NCBI RefSeq assembly: GCF_046105845.1
Contig: NZ_CP151004.1
Strand: one strand, 5' to 3'
DNA length: 64,000 nucleotides
Source: Escherichia coli
GTDB taxonomy: Bacteria; Pseudomonadota; Gammaproteobacteria; Enterobacterales; Enterobacteriaceae
The notes beneath the pieces were generated by a model, which searched no databases, was not told the origin of the DNA, and saw only the letters and a list, made by a program, of their open reading frames with translations. Shown in pieces: positions 1-18,944 of the stretch. A program made the translations under genes and the position numbers. How positions within the stretch are numbered: the stretch's first letter is position 1; the number at the start of each line of letters is the position of its first letter.

Positions 1-1226
<1,226 letters not shown>

Positions 1227-1409
1227 TCACAACCCGAAGATGTTTCTTTCGATTCATCATCGTGTTGCGAAAATTTGAGAGACTCACGAACAACTTTCGT
1301 TGTTCAGTGTTTCAATTTTCAGCTTGATCCAGATTTTTAAAGAGCAAAACTTCGCAGTGAACCTTTGCAGGTACACTCTGAAGTATTTTTTATTTAATCA
1401 CTACAGAGA

Positions 1410-1485
1410 TGGTGGAGCTATGCGGGATCGAACCGCAGACCTCCTGCGTGCAAAGCAGGCGCTCTCCCAGCTGAGCTATAGCCCC
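1410..1485 (-). tRNA. alaT: tRNA-Ala (anticodon UGC), 16S-23S spacer tRNA
   Basis: Reverse complement reads GGGGCTATAGCTCAGCTGGGAGAGCGCCTGCTTTGCACGCAGGAGGTCTGCGGTTCGATCCCGCATAGCTCCACCA, 76 nt with CCA end. Confidence 0.95.
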
Positions 1486-1527
1486 ATAACATGTAGTTAA
1501 AACCTCTTCAAATTTGCGGTGCAAATT

Positions 1528-1604
<77 letters not shown>

Positions 1605-1672
1605 GTAGAGGTTTTACTGCTCATTTTCATCAGACAATCTGTGTGAGCACTGCAAAGTACGCTTCTTTAAGG

Positions 1673-3214
<1,542 letters not shown>

Positions 3215-3338
3215 AAAAGTTTGATGCTCAAAGAATTAAACTTCGTAATGAATTACGTGTTCACTCTTGAGACTTGGTATTCATTTTTCGTCTTGCGACG
3301 TTAAGAATCCGTATCTTCGAGTGCCCACACAGATTGTC

Positions 3339-3357
3339 TGATAAATTGTTAAAGAGC
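3339..3357 (-). promoter_or_regulatory. rrn leader boxA antitermination element
   Basis: Reverse complement GCTCTTTAACAATTTATCA matches the rrn leader boxA sequence; lies between P2 and the 16S 5' end. Confidence 0.8.
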
Positions 3358-3395
3358 AGTGCCGCCTCGCTTTTTCTCAGCGGCGCGGGGTGTGC

Positions 3396-3423
3396 ATAAT
3401 ACGCTTTCCCGCTACAGAGTCAA
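3396..3423 (-). promoter_or_regulatory. rrn P2 promoter (-35 TTGACT, -10 TATTAT)
   Basis: Reverse complement of 3396-3430 reads AAATGCTTGACTCTGTAGCGGGAAAGCGTATTAT, matching the rrn P2 core promoter as I recall it. Confidence 0.75.
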
Positions 3424-3514
3424 GCATTTATTTTTGCTTTCTCTGCCGGAATTCTCAGGAGAACCCCGCTGACCCGGCGGCGTGTTTGCCGTTGTTCCGT
3501 GTCAGTGGTGGCGC

Positions 3515-3566
3515 ATTATAGGGAGTTATTCCGGCCTGACAAGAGGAAATTTAAAATAATTTTCTG
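3515..3566 (-). promoter_or_regulatory. rrn P1 promoter with upstream AT-rich UP element (-35 TTGTCA, -10 TATAAT)
   Basis: Reverse complement reads CCTCTTGTCAGGCCGGAATAACTCCCTATAATGCGCCACCACTG, the classic rrn P1 core; AT-rich UP-element-like tract at 3547-3566 immediately upstream. Confidence 0.8.
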
Positions 3567-3591
3567 ACCGCGCATTTTTTATTCTTTATGC

Positions 3592-4137
3592 TTATTTCAG
3601 CGTCGGTTTGTCGGTTAAATGGGCGATTTCTCGGGCGAAATTCGCCACCTGCTCCCAATCGGTATAGACAACTTCTTTGCGCGTATCCGTTTCACCGCCT
3701 GACATCTTCATAATTAACTTGATCATAAAACGGTCGTACCAGCGATAACGTGGGTAACGCAGCGCCCCGGCAATGACCGCGCAGCGATCGGGACGCCATT
3801 GTGAACTCATCAGAAACTTCCGCGCGTAGCTGTTAGTCTGTGGAGTACGCTTCTCCGGTTTACGCGCCACCAGGTTTACGGAGTAAAAGGCGCTCGGCAT
3901 CGAATTCAGCCGCGTCGCATGCTTTTTAACAAATTCCTGGAACGCAGAGTGGTAGTGACCATAGCGAATAGAAGCACCAATGACCACACGGTCATAGTTT
4001 TCCCATTGTGGTTCTTCAATGCGGTGCACATTGGCGACATCCGCCTGGATCCCCAGTTCTTTCAGTTCCGAAGCCAGGTAGGAGGCAATCTCGCGCGTTT
4101 GTCCGTCCCTTGTTGAGAAAAGAATTAATGTTTTCAC
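3592..4137 (-). CDS. hemG: protoporphyrinogen IX dehydrogenase (menaquinone-dependent), flavodoxin-like
   Basis: 181-aa ORF; translation ([25 protein letters not shown]...) recognised as HemG; length matches reference. Confidence 0.93.
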   Translation of the reverse strand: MKTLILFSTRDGQTREIASYLASELKELGIQADVANVHRIEEPQWENYDRVVIGASIRYGHYHSAFQEFVKKHATRLNSMPSAFYSVNLVARKPEKRTPQTNSYARKFLMSSQWRPDRCAVIAGALRYPRYRWYDRFMIKLIMKMSGGETDTRKEVVYTDWEQVANFAREIAHLTDKPTLK

Positions 4138-4148
4138 GTATTACTCCA

Positions 4149-5600
4149 TCATTCACGCCAGAAAGTCGGGGTAAAGAGCACCAGCAATGTAAAGACCTCG
4201 AGACGACCAAACAGCATGTTGGCAATCAGGATCCATTTAGCCACCGGGTTCATACTGGTAAAGTTATCAGCAACCACGCCAAGCCCTGGCCCCAGGTTAT
4301 TCAATGTCGCAACAACTGAGGCAAAGGCAGAAAAGTCATCCACGCCCGTGGCGATAATCGCCAGCATACTGACAATAAACACCAATGCATAGGCGGAGAA
4401 AAATCCCCAAACGGCTTCGAGGATACGTTCCGGCAGTGCGCGATTCCCCAGCTTAATGCTATAGACGGCGTTCGGATGCACCAGTCGTTTCAGCTCACGG
4501 TTCCCCTGCTTAAACAGCAGCAGGATGCGGATCACTTTCAGGCCACCGCCCGTTGACCCGGCGCAACCGCCGATAAAAGCTGAACATAAAAGCAGTACCG
4601 GCAAAAAGAGCGGCCAGCGGGCAATGCTGTCAGTCGTAAACCCGGCGGTTGTCGCCATCGATACCACCTGGAAAAACGCCTGGTTAATTGTCATCAGCGC
4701 CGAACTGTAGACATTATGAAACCACAGTACGAGTGTACAAATAACCACCAGCGTAAACTGTACGCCGATAAACATGCGAAATTCCGGATCGCGCCAATAA
4801 ACCTTCAGACTACGCCCACTTAACAGTGAAAAGTGCAGACCGTAGTTACAGCCGGAGATCAGCAGGAAGATAGCAATGATAGTGTTAATAGTCGGGCTAT
4901 CGAAATAACCGATACTGGCATCATGTGTCGAGAAGCCGCCAATAGCGATAGTCGCAAAGCTATGGCCGATGGCATCAAAGGCATCCATTCCGGCAAACCA
5001 CAACGCCAGCGCACAGGCGACGGTCAGCAAGACATAAATCAACCACAGGGTTTTCGCCGTTTCCGCAATTCGCGGGCGCATTTTGTTATCTTTCAGCGGG
5101 CCGGGCATTTCTGCACGATAGAGCTGCATCCCACCCACGCCGAGGATAGGCAGTATCGCAACCGCTAACACGATGATCCCCATCCCGCCAAACCATTGCA
5201 GCATCTGGCGATAAAAGAGGATGGCATGAGGGAGCGAATCCAGCCCCACCAGCGTAGTGGCCCCGGTGGTGGTCAGGCCAGAGAAAGATTCAAAAAACGC
5301 ATCGGTAATCGTGAGGTTCGGGCTTTCCGAGAAGATAAAAGGGAGCGCACCGACACTACCCAGTACGGTCCAGAACAGCACCACTATCAGAAACCCCTCA
5401 CGGGATTTCAGTTCGCCCTTCTCTTTGCGGTTCGGCCACCACAGCATAGAGCCAATGGCGAGGGCGACAAAAAAGGTCTGGGTAAAAGCGCGGCCCGCTC
5501 CATCCCGGTAGATGAGTGCTACCAGCCCAGGGATAATCATGGTCCCTGAAAATAAGATGACCAGTAGTCCAACGATTCGGGTAATGGCGCGAAAATGCAT
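4149..5600 (-). CDS. trkH: Trk system potassium uptake protein
   Basis: 483-aa polytopic membrane ORF recognised as TrkH; conserved trkH-hemG arrangement. Confidence 0.93.
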   Translation of the reverse strand: MHFRAITRIVGLLVILFSGTMIIPGLVALIYRDGAGRAFTQTFFVALAIGSMLWWPNRKEKGELKSREGFLIVVLFWTVLGSVGALPFIFSESPNLTITDAFFESFSGLTTTGATTLVGLDSLPHAILFYRQMLQWFGGMGIIVLAVAILPILGVGGMQLYRAEMPGPLKDNKMRPRIAETAKTLWLIYVLLTVACALALWFAGMDAFDAIGHSFATIAIGGFSTHDASIGYFDSPTINTIIAIFLLISGCNYGLHFSLLSGRSLKVYWRDPEFRMFIGVQFTLVVICTLVLWFHNVYSSALMTINQAFFQVVSMATTAGFTTDSIARWPLFLPVLLLCSAFIGGCAGSTGGGLKVIRILLLFKQGNRELKRLVHPNAVYSIKLGNRALPERILEAVWGFFSAYALVFIVSMLAIIATGVDDFSAFASVVATLNNLGPGLGVVADNFTSMNPVAKWILIANMLFGRLEVFTLLVLFTPTFWRE

Positions 5601-5638
5601 CTCTGCCGCTTCCTTAGTTCTGCAAAACGAAGTGGGGA

Positions 5639-6253
5639 TTATTCTTCAATCGCTAACAATTGCAATGAACCACGGCTAAAATCCGCCAGCTTTGCGGAAA
5701 ATTCAGCCACTTTCGCCGCCGGAAGCGCCACCCGCAGCAGAACGAATGCCTGATAATCACTGTTGATAATTTTGCCGTCACACTGCCCCAGCAACGCTTC
5801 AATGCCGGTTAACTGACTATATTCACATTGCAAAGTATATTCGGTTAATGGCGTCTTGCGTTGGGTCGTTAGCTGGCGCAGCGCCTGATTCACTCCGCCG
5901 CCATACGCTTTCACTAACCCACCGGTACCAAGCAATATGCCGCCGTAGTAGCGCACCACCACAGCGGTAATTTCCCCGACGCCGCTGCCCATTAGTTGGG
6001 CGAGCATCGGTTTACCGGCCGTTCCCGCCGGTTCCCCGTCGTCAGAGAAACCGAGCTGTTGAGAATCATCCGGCGCACCCGCCACCCACGCCACGCAATG
6101 GTGGCGGGCATCGGGGTGTTCTGCCCGCACCGATTCAACAAACGCTTTCGCCGCCTCAACGCCATCGGTATGCGCCAACATCGTTATGAAGCGGCTCTTT
6201 TTGATCTCTTCAACGACCGTGACTGGTGCCGCAGGAATTAACCAGCTTTCCAT
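5639..6253 (-). CDS. yigZ: IMPACT-family protein YigZ
   Basis: Translation [22 protein letters not shown]... recognised; start placed at second Met of the track ORF to give 204 aa; start overlaps pepQ stop (ATGA). Confidence 0.88.
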   Translation of the reverse strand: MESWLIPAAPVTVVEEIKKSRFITMLAHTDGVEAAKAFVESVRAEHPDARHHCVAWVAGAPDDSQQLGFSDDGEPAGTAGKPMLAQLMGSGVGEITAVVVRYYGGILLGTGGLVKAYGGGVNQALRQLTTQRKTPLTEYTLQCEYSQLTGIEALLGQCDGKIINSDYQAFVLLRVALPAAKVAEFSAKLADFSRGSLQLLAIEE

Positions 6254-7584
6254 CACGCCAGTTTCAGATCCCGGGTCATGTTTTCCACGTTGTTTTCGTG
6301 GATCACCACGTTGTCTTCGATACGAATGCCGCCGAACGGTTTCAGTGCTTCAATTTTCTGCCAGTTGAAGTGCTTGCTGAACTGCCCTTCACGCCACGGT
6401 GCCAGCAGCGATTCAATGAAGTAAATACCCGGTTCGATGGTTAACACCATGCCCGGCTGGAGAATACGGGTGCAGCGCAGGTACGGATATTTTGCCGGTG
6501 CCGCGAGGTGCGTACCGCTATCATCTTGCATAAAGCCAGCTACGTCATGCACCTGCAGGCCCAGCGGATGACCGATACCGTGCGGCATAAACGGTCCGGT
6601 GAGATCGTTTTCGACCATCGCTTCTTCACTCATATCGGTGATGATTTGATGTTTACGCAGCAATTTGGCGATGCGCTGATGGAACTGGATGTGGTAATCC
6701 ACATAGCTGACGCCTGCTTTCATGGTGGCGATCAGCGCCAGTTGTTCATCATTTACGTCTTTCACCAGCTGTGCGTAGTCGTTATCGCTTTTTGCCGACC
6801 AGGTACGGGTCAGGTCAGCCGCATAGCCGTTATATTCGGCCCCGGCATCCAGCAGGAAGCTGCGCATCTCTTCCGGTGCCTGATGGTCCAGTTTGGTGTA
6901 ATGCAACACCGCAGCGTGTTCGTTAAGCGCCACAATGTTGCTGTAAGGTACGTCGGTATCACGATGACCGGTCGCGGTCAGATAGGCAATGTTGATATCG
7001 AACTCGCTCATGCCAGAACGGAACGCTTCTTCTGCCGCGCGATGACCGTTGACCGCCATTTTCTGCGCTTCACGCATACAGGCCAGTTCGTACTCGGTTT
7101 TGAAGGAGCGATAGTAATGCAGGTAGTCGATCACCCCTTTCGGGTTGATATTGCTGGCCTCAATACCCAGTTGCAGCGCACGTTCCGGCACCGGACCGAT
7201 ATAACCGATATTGCCGCGCGCAGCAGTCAACAGACTACCAATGCCATCGGCTTTCGGCAGCGCGATCACTTCCACGTCTTCAGTCCAGAAAGAGGTCGGC
7301 AGCGGTTCGACGTTGTGCCAGTAATCAACCGGCAGATAGAACCACAGTTTCGGCTTGTTCACGCCATCCACCAGCAGCCAGCAGTTTGGCACCTGAGTTA
7401 CCGGCACCCACGCTTTGAATTGCGGGTTCACTTTAAACGGATAGGGATGATCGTCGAGAAAAACGTTGAACAGTTCGCCGGAGTGAATAAGTAACGCATC
7501 CAGCTTGAAGCGCGCCAGCGCATCGCGAGTCCGTTCTTGTAAGGTAGCTATATGATTTTTATAGAGTGAGGCCAGTGATTCCAT
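6253..7584 (-). CDS. pepQ: Xaa-Pro dipeptidase (prolidase)
   Basis: 443-aa ORF recognised as PepQ (M24 metallopeptidase); length matches reference. Confidence 0.93.
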   Translation of the reverse strand: MESLASLYKNHIATLQERTRDALARFKLDALLIHSGELFNVFLDDHPYPFKVNPQFKAWVPVTQVPNCWLLVDGVNKPKLWFYLPVDYWHNVEPLPTSFWTEDVEVIALPKADGIGSLLTAARGNIGYIGPVPERALQLGIEASNINPKGVIDYLHYYRSFKTEYELACMREAQKMAVNGHRAAEEAFRSGMSEFDINIAYLTATGHRDTDVPYSNIVALNEHAAVLHYTKLDHQAPEEMRSFLLDAGAEYNGYAADLTRTWSAKSDNDYAQLVKDVNDEQLALIATMKAGVSYVDYHIQFHQRIAKLLRKHQIITDMSEEAMVENDLTGPFMPHGIGHPLGLQVHDVAGFMQDDSGTHLAAPAKYPYLRCTRILQPGMVLTIEPGIYFIESLLAPWREGQFSKHFNWQKIEALKPFGGIRIEDNVVIHENNVENMTRDLKLA

Positions 7585-7731
7585 TTTTTACCCTTCTGTT
7601 TTTTTGACCTTAAGTCTCCGCATCTTAGCACATCGTTCATCCAGAGCGTGATTTCTGCCGAGCGTGATCAGATCGGCATTTCTTTAATCTTTTATTTGCA
7701 TATTTTTAACACAAAATACACACTTCGATGC

Positions 7732-7748
7732 ATCTGGTACGACCAGAT
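7732..7748 (+). promoter_or_regulatory. FadR operator in fadBA promoter
   Basis: ATCTGGTACGACCAGAT is a near-perfect palindrome matching the FadR consensus (AnCTGGTCnGACCaGnT), about 25 bp upstream of the fadB ATG. Confidence 0.6.
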
Positions 7749-7773
7749 CACCTTGCGGATTCAGGAGACTGAC

Positions 7774-9963
7774 ATGCTTTACAAAGGCGACACCCTGTAC
7801 CTTGACTGGCTGGAAGATGGCATTGCCGAACTGGTATTTGATGCCCCAGGTTCAGTTAATAAACTCGACACTGCCACCGTCGCCAGCCTCGGCGAGGCCA
7901 TCGGCGTGCTGGAACAGCAATCAGATCTAAAAGGGCTGCTGCTGCGTTCGAACAAAGCAGCCTTTATCGTCGGTGCTGATATCACCGAATTTTTGTCTCT
8001 GTTCCTCGTTCCTGAAGAACAGTTAAGTCAGTGGCTGCACTTTGCCAATAGCGTGTTTAATCGCCTGGAAGATCTGCCGGTGCCGACCATTGCTGCCGTC
8101 AACGGCTATGCGCTGGGCGGTGGCTGCGAATGCGTGCTGGCGACCGATTATCGTCTGGCGACGCCGGATCTGCGCATCGGTCTGCCGGAAACCAAACTGG
8201 GCATCATGCCGGGCTTTGGCGGTTCTGTACGTATGCCACGTATGCTGGGCGCTGACAGTGCGCTGGAAATCATTGCCGCCGGTAAAGATGTCGGCGCGGA
8301 TCAGGCGCTGAAAATCGGTCTGGTGGATGGTGTAGTCAAAGCAGAAAAACTGGTTGAAGGGGCGATGGCGATTTTACGCCAGGCCATTAACGGCGACCTC
8401 GACTGGAAGGCGAAACGTCAGCCGAAGCTGGAACCGCTAAAACTGAGCAAGATTGAAGCCACCATGAGTTTCACCATCGCTAAAGGGATGGTCGCACAAA
8501 CGGCGGGGAAACATTATCCGGCCCCCATCACCGCAGTAAAAACCATTGAAGCGGCGGCCAGTTTTGGTCGTGAAGAAGCCTTAAATCTGGAAAACAAAAG
8601 TTTTGTCCCGCTGGCGCATACCAACGAAGCTCGCGCACTGGTCGGCATTTTCCTTAACGATCAATATGTAAAAGGCAAAGCGAAGAAACTCACCAAAGAC
8701 GTTGAAACCCCGAAACAGGCCGCTGTGCTGGGCGCAGGCATTATGGGTGGCGGCATCGCTTACCAGTCTGCGTGGAAAGGCGTACCGGTTGTCATGAAAG
8801 ATATCAACGACAAGTCGTTAACCCTCGGCATGACCGAAGCCGCGAAACTGCTGAACAAGCAGCTTGAGCGCGGCAAGATCGATGGTCTGAAACTGGCTGG
8901 CGTGATCTCCACGATCCACCCAACGCTCGATTACTCTGGTTTTGACCGCGTGGATGTTGTGGTAGAAGCGGTTGTCGAAAACCCGAAAGTGAAAAAAGCC
9001 GTACTGGCAGAAACCGAGCAGAAAGTACGCCCGGATACCGTGCTGGCGTCTAACACTTCAACCATTCCTATCAGCGAACTGGCCAACGCGCTGGAGCGTC
9101 CGGAAAACTTCTGCGGGATGCACTTCTTTAACCCGGTCCACCGAATGCCGTTGGTAGAAATTATTCGCGGCGAGAAAAGCTCCGACGAAACCATCGCGAA
9201 AGTTGTCGCCTGGGCGAGCAAGATGGGCAAAACGCCGATTGTGGTTAACGACTGCCCCGGATTCTTCGTTAACCGCGTGCTGTTCCCCTACTTCGCGGGT
9301 TTCAGCCAGCTGCTGCGCGACGGCGCGGATTTCCGCAAGATCGACAAAGTGATGGAAAAACAGTTTGGCTGGCCTATGGGTCCGGCATATCTGCTGGACG
9401 TTGTGGGCATTGACACCGCGCATCATGCCCAGGCTGTCATGGCAGCAGGCTTCCCGCAGCGGATGCAGAAAGATTATCGCGATACCATCGACGCGCTGTT
9501 TGATGCCAACCGCTTTGGTCAGAAGAACGGCCTCGGTTTCTGGCGTTATAAAGAAGACAGCAAAGGTAAGCCGAAGAAAGAAGAAGACGCCGTCGTTGAC
9601 GACCTGCTGGCAGAAGTGAGCCAGCCGAAGCGCGATTTCAGCGAAGAAGAGATTATCGCCCGCATGATGATCCCGATGGTCAACGAAGTGGTGCGCTGTC
9701 TGGAAGAAGGCATTATCGCCACTCCGGCAGAAGCGGATATGGCGCTGGTCTACGGCCTGGGCTTCCCTCCGTTCCACGGCGGCGCGTTCCGCTGGCTGGA
9801 CACCCTCGGTAGCGCAAAATACCTCGATATGGCACAGCAATATCAGCACCTCGGCCCGCTGTATGAAGTGCCGGAAGGTCTGCGTAATAAAGCGCGTCAT
9901 AACGAACCGTACTATCCCCCGGTTGAGCCAGCCCGTCCGGTTGGCGACCTGAAAACGGCTTAA
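7774..9963 (+). CDS. fadB: fatty acid oxidation complex alpha subunit (enoyl-CoA hydratase / 3-hydroxyacyl-CoA dehydrogenase)
   Basis: Translation from [32 protein letters not shown]... recognised as FadB (729 aa); track ORF is N-terminally over-extended, start set at ATG 7774. Confidence 0.93.
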   Translation: MLYKGDTLYLDWLEDGIAELVFDAPGSVNKLDTATVASLGEAIGVLEQQSDLKGLLLRSNKAAFIVGADITEFLSLFLVPEEQLSQWLHFANSVFNRLEDLPVPTIAAVNGYALGGGCECVLATDYRLATPDLRIGLPETKLGIMPGFGGSVRMPRMLGADSALEIIAAGKDVGADQALKIGLVDGVVKAEKLVEGAMAILRQAINGDLDWKAKRQPKLEPLKLSKIEATMSFTIAKGMVAQTAGKHYPAPITAVKTIEAAASFGREEALNLENKSFVPLAHTNEARALVGIFLNDQYVKGKAKKLTKDVETPKQAAVLGAGIMGGGIAYQSAWKGVPVVMKDINDKSLTLGMTEAAKLLNKQLERGKIDGLKLAGVISTIHPTLDYSGFDRVDVVVEAVVENPKVKKAVLAETEQKVRPDTVLASNTSTIPISELANALERPENFCGMHFFNPVHRMPLVEIIRGEKSSDETIAKVVAWASKMGKTPIVVNDCPGFFVNRVLFPYFAGFSQLLRDGADFRKIDKVMEKQFGWPMGPAYLLDVVGIDTAHHAQAVMAAGFPQRMQKDYRDTIDALFDANRFGQKNGLGFWRYKEDSKGKPKKEEDAVVDDLLAEVSQPKRDFSEEEIIARMMIPMVNEVVRCLEEGIIATPAEADMALVYGLGFPPFHGGAFRWLDTLGSAKYLDMAQQYQHLGPLYEVPEGLRNKARHNEPYYPPVEPARPVGDLKTA

Positions 9964-11136
<1,173 letters not shown>

Positions 11137-11142
11137 CCACTT

Positions 11143-11255
11143 GCCGGATGCGGCGTGAACGCCTTATCCGGTCTACCGATCCGGCACCAATGTAGGCCTG
11201 ATAAGACGCGCCAGCGTCGCATCAGGCATCGTGCACCAATTGCCGGATGCGACAT
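11143..11255. repeat. REP/BIME cluster (about three REP units)
   Basis: GCCGGATGCGGCGTGAACGCCTTATCCGGTCTAC, GTAGGCCTGATAAGACGCGCCAGCGTCGCATCAGGC and a further GCCGGATGCGACAT unit: canonical enterobacterial repetitive extragenic palindromes. Confidence 0.8.
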
Positions 11256-11296
11256 AGATCTAAATGCCACTGAATAAAGTTTTAGTTGCCGTTCTT

Positions 11297-11321
11297 CCCG
11301 CCTGTCAGGGGCGGGTTTTTT
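11297..11321 (+). terminator. rho-independent terminator (fadBA operon end)
   Basis: GC-rich hairpin CCCGCCTGTCAGGGGCGGG followed by TTTTTT on the + strand; lies just beyond the fre stop on the other strand. Confidence 0.6.
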
Positions 11322-11326
11322 ATATC

Positions 11327-12028
11327 TCAGATAAATGCAAACGCATCGCCAAACAGGCGATCTTCCCGCGCATTACGCTCACTGCAAAACAGGTCACGGG
11401 CAATTTTCGCCATCTCAAAACGTCCGGCAATATAGATATCATGCTCTGCCAGCGTACCGTGATCCTGCAATACCGCCGTTAACACAGTGCCAGTACGCCC
11501 ACGCCAGCCCGCTTCCGGTTGTTCAACCACCGGCACCACTTGCAGACCAGGATGCTTAAGCGAAAGCGCCTCAAGCTCGGAGAGATCATAAAGATGCTGC
11601 TCTTCACGCCCGCCCCAGTAAATGGTGATATCACGGTTTGGGTTACGCGCCAGCGCCGTCAGCAAAATCGAGCGCGCATAAGAGAACCCGGTGCCACCCG
11701 CAATCAAAATCATCGGACGTTCTTCATCATCGCGCAGCCATGCCTCACCGTGCGGAATATCGACCACGATTTGATGATCTTTAAGAATGCGGTCCATGAC
11801 TGCTTTCGCGTAAAGGTTGATTTCAGAAGCGCCAATATGCAGCTCGATGAAACCTTTTTCATCCGGCGTCGAAGCCATTGAGAACGGACGTTTGTCGCGC
11901 TCATCCATCACTACCATCAAATACTGACCAGCACGAAAAGAAAAGGCCGCGTCTGGTACGATTCGGACACGATATACGGTATCCGTGATAGCTTCTACCG
12001 AGGTCACTTTACAGCTTAAGGTTGTCAT
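11327..12028 (-). CDS. fre: NAD(P)H-flavin reductase
   Basis: Translation [40 protein letters not shown]... recognised as Fre (233 aa); start set at internal Met of the track ORF. Confidence 0.92.
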   Translation of the reverse strand: MTTLSCKVTSVEAITDTVYRVRIVPDAAFSFRAGQYLMVVMDERDKRPFSMASTPDEKGFIELHIGASEINLYAKAVMDRILKDHQIVVDIPHGEAWLRDDEERPMILIAGGTGFSYARSILLTALARNPNRDITIYWGGREEQHLYDLSELEALSLKHPGLQVVPVVEQPEAGWRGRTGTVLTAVLQDHGTLAEHDIYIAGRFEMAKIARDLFCSERNAREDRLFGDAFAFI

Positions 12029-12073
12029 GCGCTTTCTCTGTCGGATCGATAAATAGGGCAAAACAAACGCGCA

Positions 12074-13567
12074 TCAGGCGCTTTTACCGTTGTTAAAAAT
12101 AGCCAGTTCATCCCAGATGGCGTCAATATGCGCGACAACATCCGGATCTTTTTTGATGGGACGTCCCCATTCACGCTGGGTTTCCCCTGGCCATTTATTC
12201 GTGGCATCCAGCCCCATTTTTGAACCCAGCCCGGACACAGGCGAGGCAAAATCCAGATAATCAATAGGCGTATTTTCGACCAACACCGTGTCCCGCGCCG
12301 GGTCCATACGGGTGGTAATCGCCCAAATCACATCGTTCCAGTCGCGTGCGTTGACGTCATCATCGCAAACGATCACAAATTTAGTGTACATAAACTGGCG
12401 TAAGAACGACCAGACGCCCATCATGACGCGCTTCGCGTGTCCGGCGTACTGTTTTTTGATCGTCACTACCGCCAGGCGATAAGAGCAGCCTTCCGGCGGC
12501 AGGTAAAAATCGACAATTTCCGGGAACTGTTTTTGCAGAATCGGCACAAACACTTCGTTCAGTGCGACACCCAGCACCGCAGGTTCATCCGGCGGACGCC
12601 CGGTATAGGTGGAATGATAAATCGCATCTTCACGCTGGGTAATATGCGTCACAGTAAATACCGGGAAACTATCGACTTCGTTATAGTAACCGGTGTGGTC
12701 GCCATACGGCCCTTCCGGCGCAGTTTCGCCTTGTTCGATATACCCTTCCAGCACAATCTCCGCACTGGCGGGCACTTCAAGGTCATTGGAGATACACTTC
12801 ACCACTTCGGTCTTGGTGCCGCGCAGCAATCCGGCAAACGCATACTCTGAAAGCGTATCTGGAACGGGGGTGACTGCACCGAGAATTGTGGCGGGATCAG
12901 CACCCAGCGCCACAGAAACCGGGAAACGTTCGCCCGGATGCGCCGCACACCACTCATGGAAATCCAGCGCGCCGCCGCGATGCGACAACCAGCGCATAAT
13001 CAGTTTGTTTTTACCAATTAGCTGTTGACGATAAATACCCAGATTCTGCCGCTCTTTATGCGGGCCACGCGTCACGGTCAACCCCCAGGTAATCAGCGGC
13101 GCGGCGTCTTCCGGCCAGCAGGTCATAATGGGAATGCGATTGAGATCGACGTCATCGCCAGAGACGATTTTTTGTTGGCAGGGCGCACCACGCAGTCGCT
13201 TTGTCGGCATGTTCAATACCTGCTTAAACTGCGGCAGTTTATCAAACAGGTCGCGAAAACCTTTTGGCGGTTCAGGTTCCTTGAGAAAGGCTAATAATTT
13301 ACCGACTTCACGCAGCGCAGAAACATCTTCCTGCCCCATGCCCATCGCCACGCGCTTTGGCGTACCGAACAGGTTGCACAGCACCGGCATCGAGTAGCCT
13401 TTAGGGTTTTCGAACAACAGCGCAGGCCCACCGGCACGCAAAGTACGGTCAGCAATTTCAGTGATTTCCAAATGCGGATCCACCGGGAGCGTGATACGTT
13501 TTAGCTCACCCTGCTGTTCAAGCAGCGTCAAGAAGTCGCGTAAATCGTTATATTTCATGGCGTCCAT
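12074..13567 (-). CDS. ubiD: 3-octaprenyl-4-hydroxybenzoate decarboxylase
   Basis: 497-aa ORF recognised as UbiD; length matches reference. Confidence 0.94.
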   Translation of the reverse strand: MDAMKYNDLRDFLTLLEQQGELKRITLPVDPHLEITEIADRTLRAGGPALLFENPKGYSMPVLCNLFGTPKRVAMGMGQEDVSALREVGKLLAFLKEPEPPKGFRDLFDKLPQFKQVLNMPTKRLRGAPCQQKIVSGDDVDLNRIPIMTCWPEDAAPLITWGLTVTRGPHKERQNLGIYRQQLIGKNKLIMRWLSHRGGALDFHEWCAAHPGERFPVSVALGADPATILGAVTPVPDTLSEYAFAGLLRGTKTEVVKCISNDLEVPASAEIVLEGYIEQGETAPEGPYGDHTGYYNEVDSFPVFTVTHITQREDAIYHSTYTGRPPDEPAVLGVALNEVFVPILQKQFPEIVDFYLPPEGCSYRLAVVTIKKQYAGHAKRVMMGVWSFLRQFMYTKFVIVCDDDVNARDWNDVIWAITTRMDPARDTVLVENTPIDYLDFASPVSGLGSKMGLDATNKWPGETQREWGRPIKKDPDVVAHIDAIWDELAIFNNGKSA

Positions 13568-13688
13568 TGTAGCCTCTTAATCTGCGCCCATTATACGGCG
13601 TTCATCTTTGCGATGCTGTAAATTTGTTAAATTAGCGTGAACTCTGACGGTATAACGCAAACTGGGGAATATAATTAACTTAGCGTAA

Positions 13689-15001
<1,313 letters not shown>

Positions 15002-15042
15002 CCTGTACTCCATATGACAACCGCCCTGATGGGCGGTTGAAT

Positions 15043-15819
15043 TTATTCTTCAGTTTTTTCGCTTTCTGCTTCCGCGTCGTTTTCTTCTTCCCGGTTTCGA
15101 CCCTTACCAACGTAAAAGCGTGAGAAGAAGACACCGATTTCAAACAGACAGTACATCGGGATCGCCAATAGCGTTTGCGAGAAGACATCCGGCGGCGTCA
15201 GCAACATCCCGACAACGAATGCACCAACCAGCACATACGGGCGTTTTTTGCGTAAGTCTTCTGGCGAGGTAATCCCCATCCAGCACAGCAGCACAATTGC
15301 CACCGGCACTTCAAAGGAGACACCAAACGCCATAAACAGCGCCATAACGAAGCTTAAATAGCTGGCGATGTCGGTGGATACCTGCACCCCTTCCGGCGCG
15401 GTATTGGCAAGGAAGCCAAATGCCAGCGGAAAGACCACAAAGTAGGCGAATGCCATGCCGATATAAAACAGCAGAGAGCTGGAAACCAGCAGCGGCACCA
15501 CCAGGCGACGTTCATGCTTATACAGCGCTGGGGCGATAAATGCCCACACCTGATAGAGAATCACCGGCGCTGACAGAATCAGCGACACCATAAAGGTCAG
15601 CTTGATCGGCGTAAAGAACGGCGAGGCCACGTCGGTGGCGATCATCGTTGAACCTTGCGGCAACTGCTTGATCAATGGCGCGGATACCAGGTGATAGATG
15701 TCATTGGCGAAATAGACCAGACACAGGAATATCACGATCACCGCGATAATGCAGTTCAGCAGACGCTTACGCAGCTCAATTAGATGCGTGATAAGCGGTT
15801 GAGTATCTTCTACAGACAT
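15043..15819 (-). CDS. tatC: twin-arginine translocase subunit TatC
   Basis: 258-aa multi-pass membrane ORF recognised as TatC. Confidence 0.94.
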
Positions 15820-15821
15820 GT

Positions 15822-16337
15822 TTACGGTTTATCACTCGACGAAGGGGAAGGTGCAGCGGTTTTCGGTTCAGCGTCCGCAGCAGGTTTTACCACCGGCTCT
15901 GGCGTGGTTTCTGGCTTCTGTTCCGGCGAACTGGCCTGCGTTTGTGCAGCGGCAGGCGTTACGCCCTCATGCGCAGCTTCATTATCTTTCACCACCGGGT
16001 TATGGATGGTGTGCGCTTCATCGCTCGCCTTTTCTGGATCGTTTGCAACGTAGGAACGCTTCATCGACTCCGCGGCCTGGCGTAGTTCATCCATCGACGC
16101 TTTCAGTTCGGGCGTCAGGTTAGTGAGGCTCGCCTTTTCAACCTTTTTCAGACTGTCCTGAAACTCCTGGAGTTTTAACTCCTGGGTCAGTTCGTTCTGC
16201 ACCGTTGTCGCCAGTGAACGCAACGCGCGAATCCAGCCCGCTACCGTTTTTACCGCCACAGGCAGTCGTTGCGGCCCCAGAACGACGAGGCCGATGATGA
16301 ACACCAATAGCAGTTCGCTAAAACCGATATCAAACAC
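15822..16337 (-). CDS. tatB: twin-arginine translocase subunit TatB
   Basis: 171-aa [29 protein letters not shown]... recognised as TatB. Confidence 0.94.
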
Positions 16338-16340
16338 GGA

Positions 16341-16610
16341 TTACACCTGCTCTTTATCGTGGCGCTTCGCGTCTTCTGTTTTAGCCTGTTCCTGATTCGT
16401 ATCCGCCTGCTTATCGGCGATAGTTTTCGCAGTAAAATCAGCATCCTGACTGGTTTTATCCTGCTTTGGTTCATCATCGCTCATTGCTTTTTTAAAGCCT
16501 TTGATCGACGCACCAAGATCGGAACCGATGGAGCCGAGCTTTTTGGTGCCAAAAAGCAGTACAACGATGACGGCAATAATCAATAACTGCCAAATACTGA
16601 TACCACCCAT
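16341..16610 (-). CDS. tatA: twin-arginine translocase subunit TatA
   Basis: Translation [48 protein letters not shown]... (89 aa) recognised as TatA; start at internal Met of track ORF. Confidence 0.92.
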   Translation of the reverse strand: MGGISIWQLLIIAVIVVLLFGTKKLGSIGSDLGASIKGFKKAMSDDEPKQDKTSQDADFTAKTIADKQADTNQEQAKTEDAKRHDKEQV

Positions 16611-16688
16611 ACATGTTCCTCTGTGGTAGATGATGATTAAACAAAGCCGCATTATACGTTACACGGCCCGCCTTGAGCGATGAAAAAA

Positions 16689-18931
<2,243 letters not shown>

Positions 18932-18944
18932 TTCCGGTCTCCTG

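Noticed and set aside
6508-7494. 328-aa ORF on the + strand
   Set aside because: Fully antisense to pepQ, whose product is confidently recognised; a typical shadow ORF of a GC-balanced gene.
7648-7773. N-terminal extensions of track ORFs (fadB 771 versus 729 aa, uvrD 782 versus 720 aa, tatA, ubiJ, yigL, aslB, ysgA and others)
   Set aside because: The extended starts precede the recognised N-termini and lack ribosome-binding sites; internal Met (or GTG/TTG) starts matching the known proteins were used instead.
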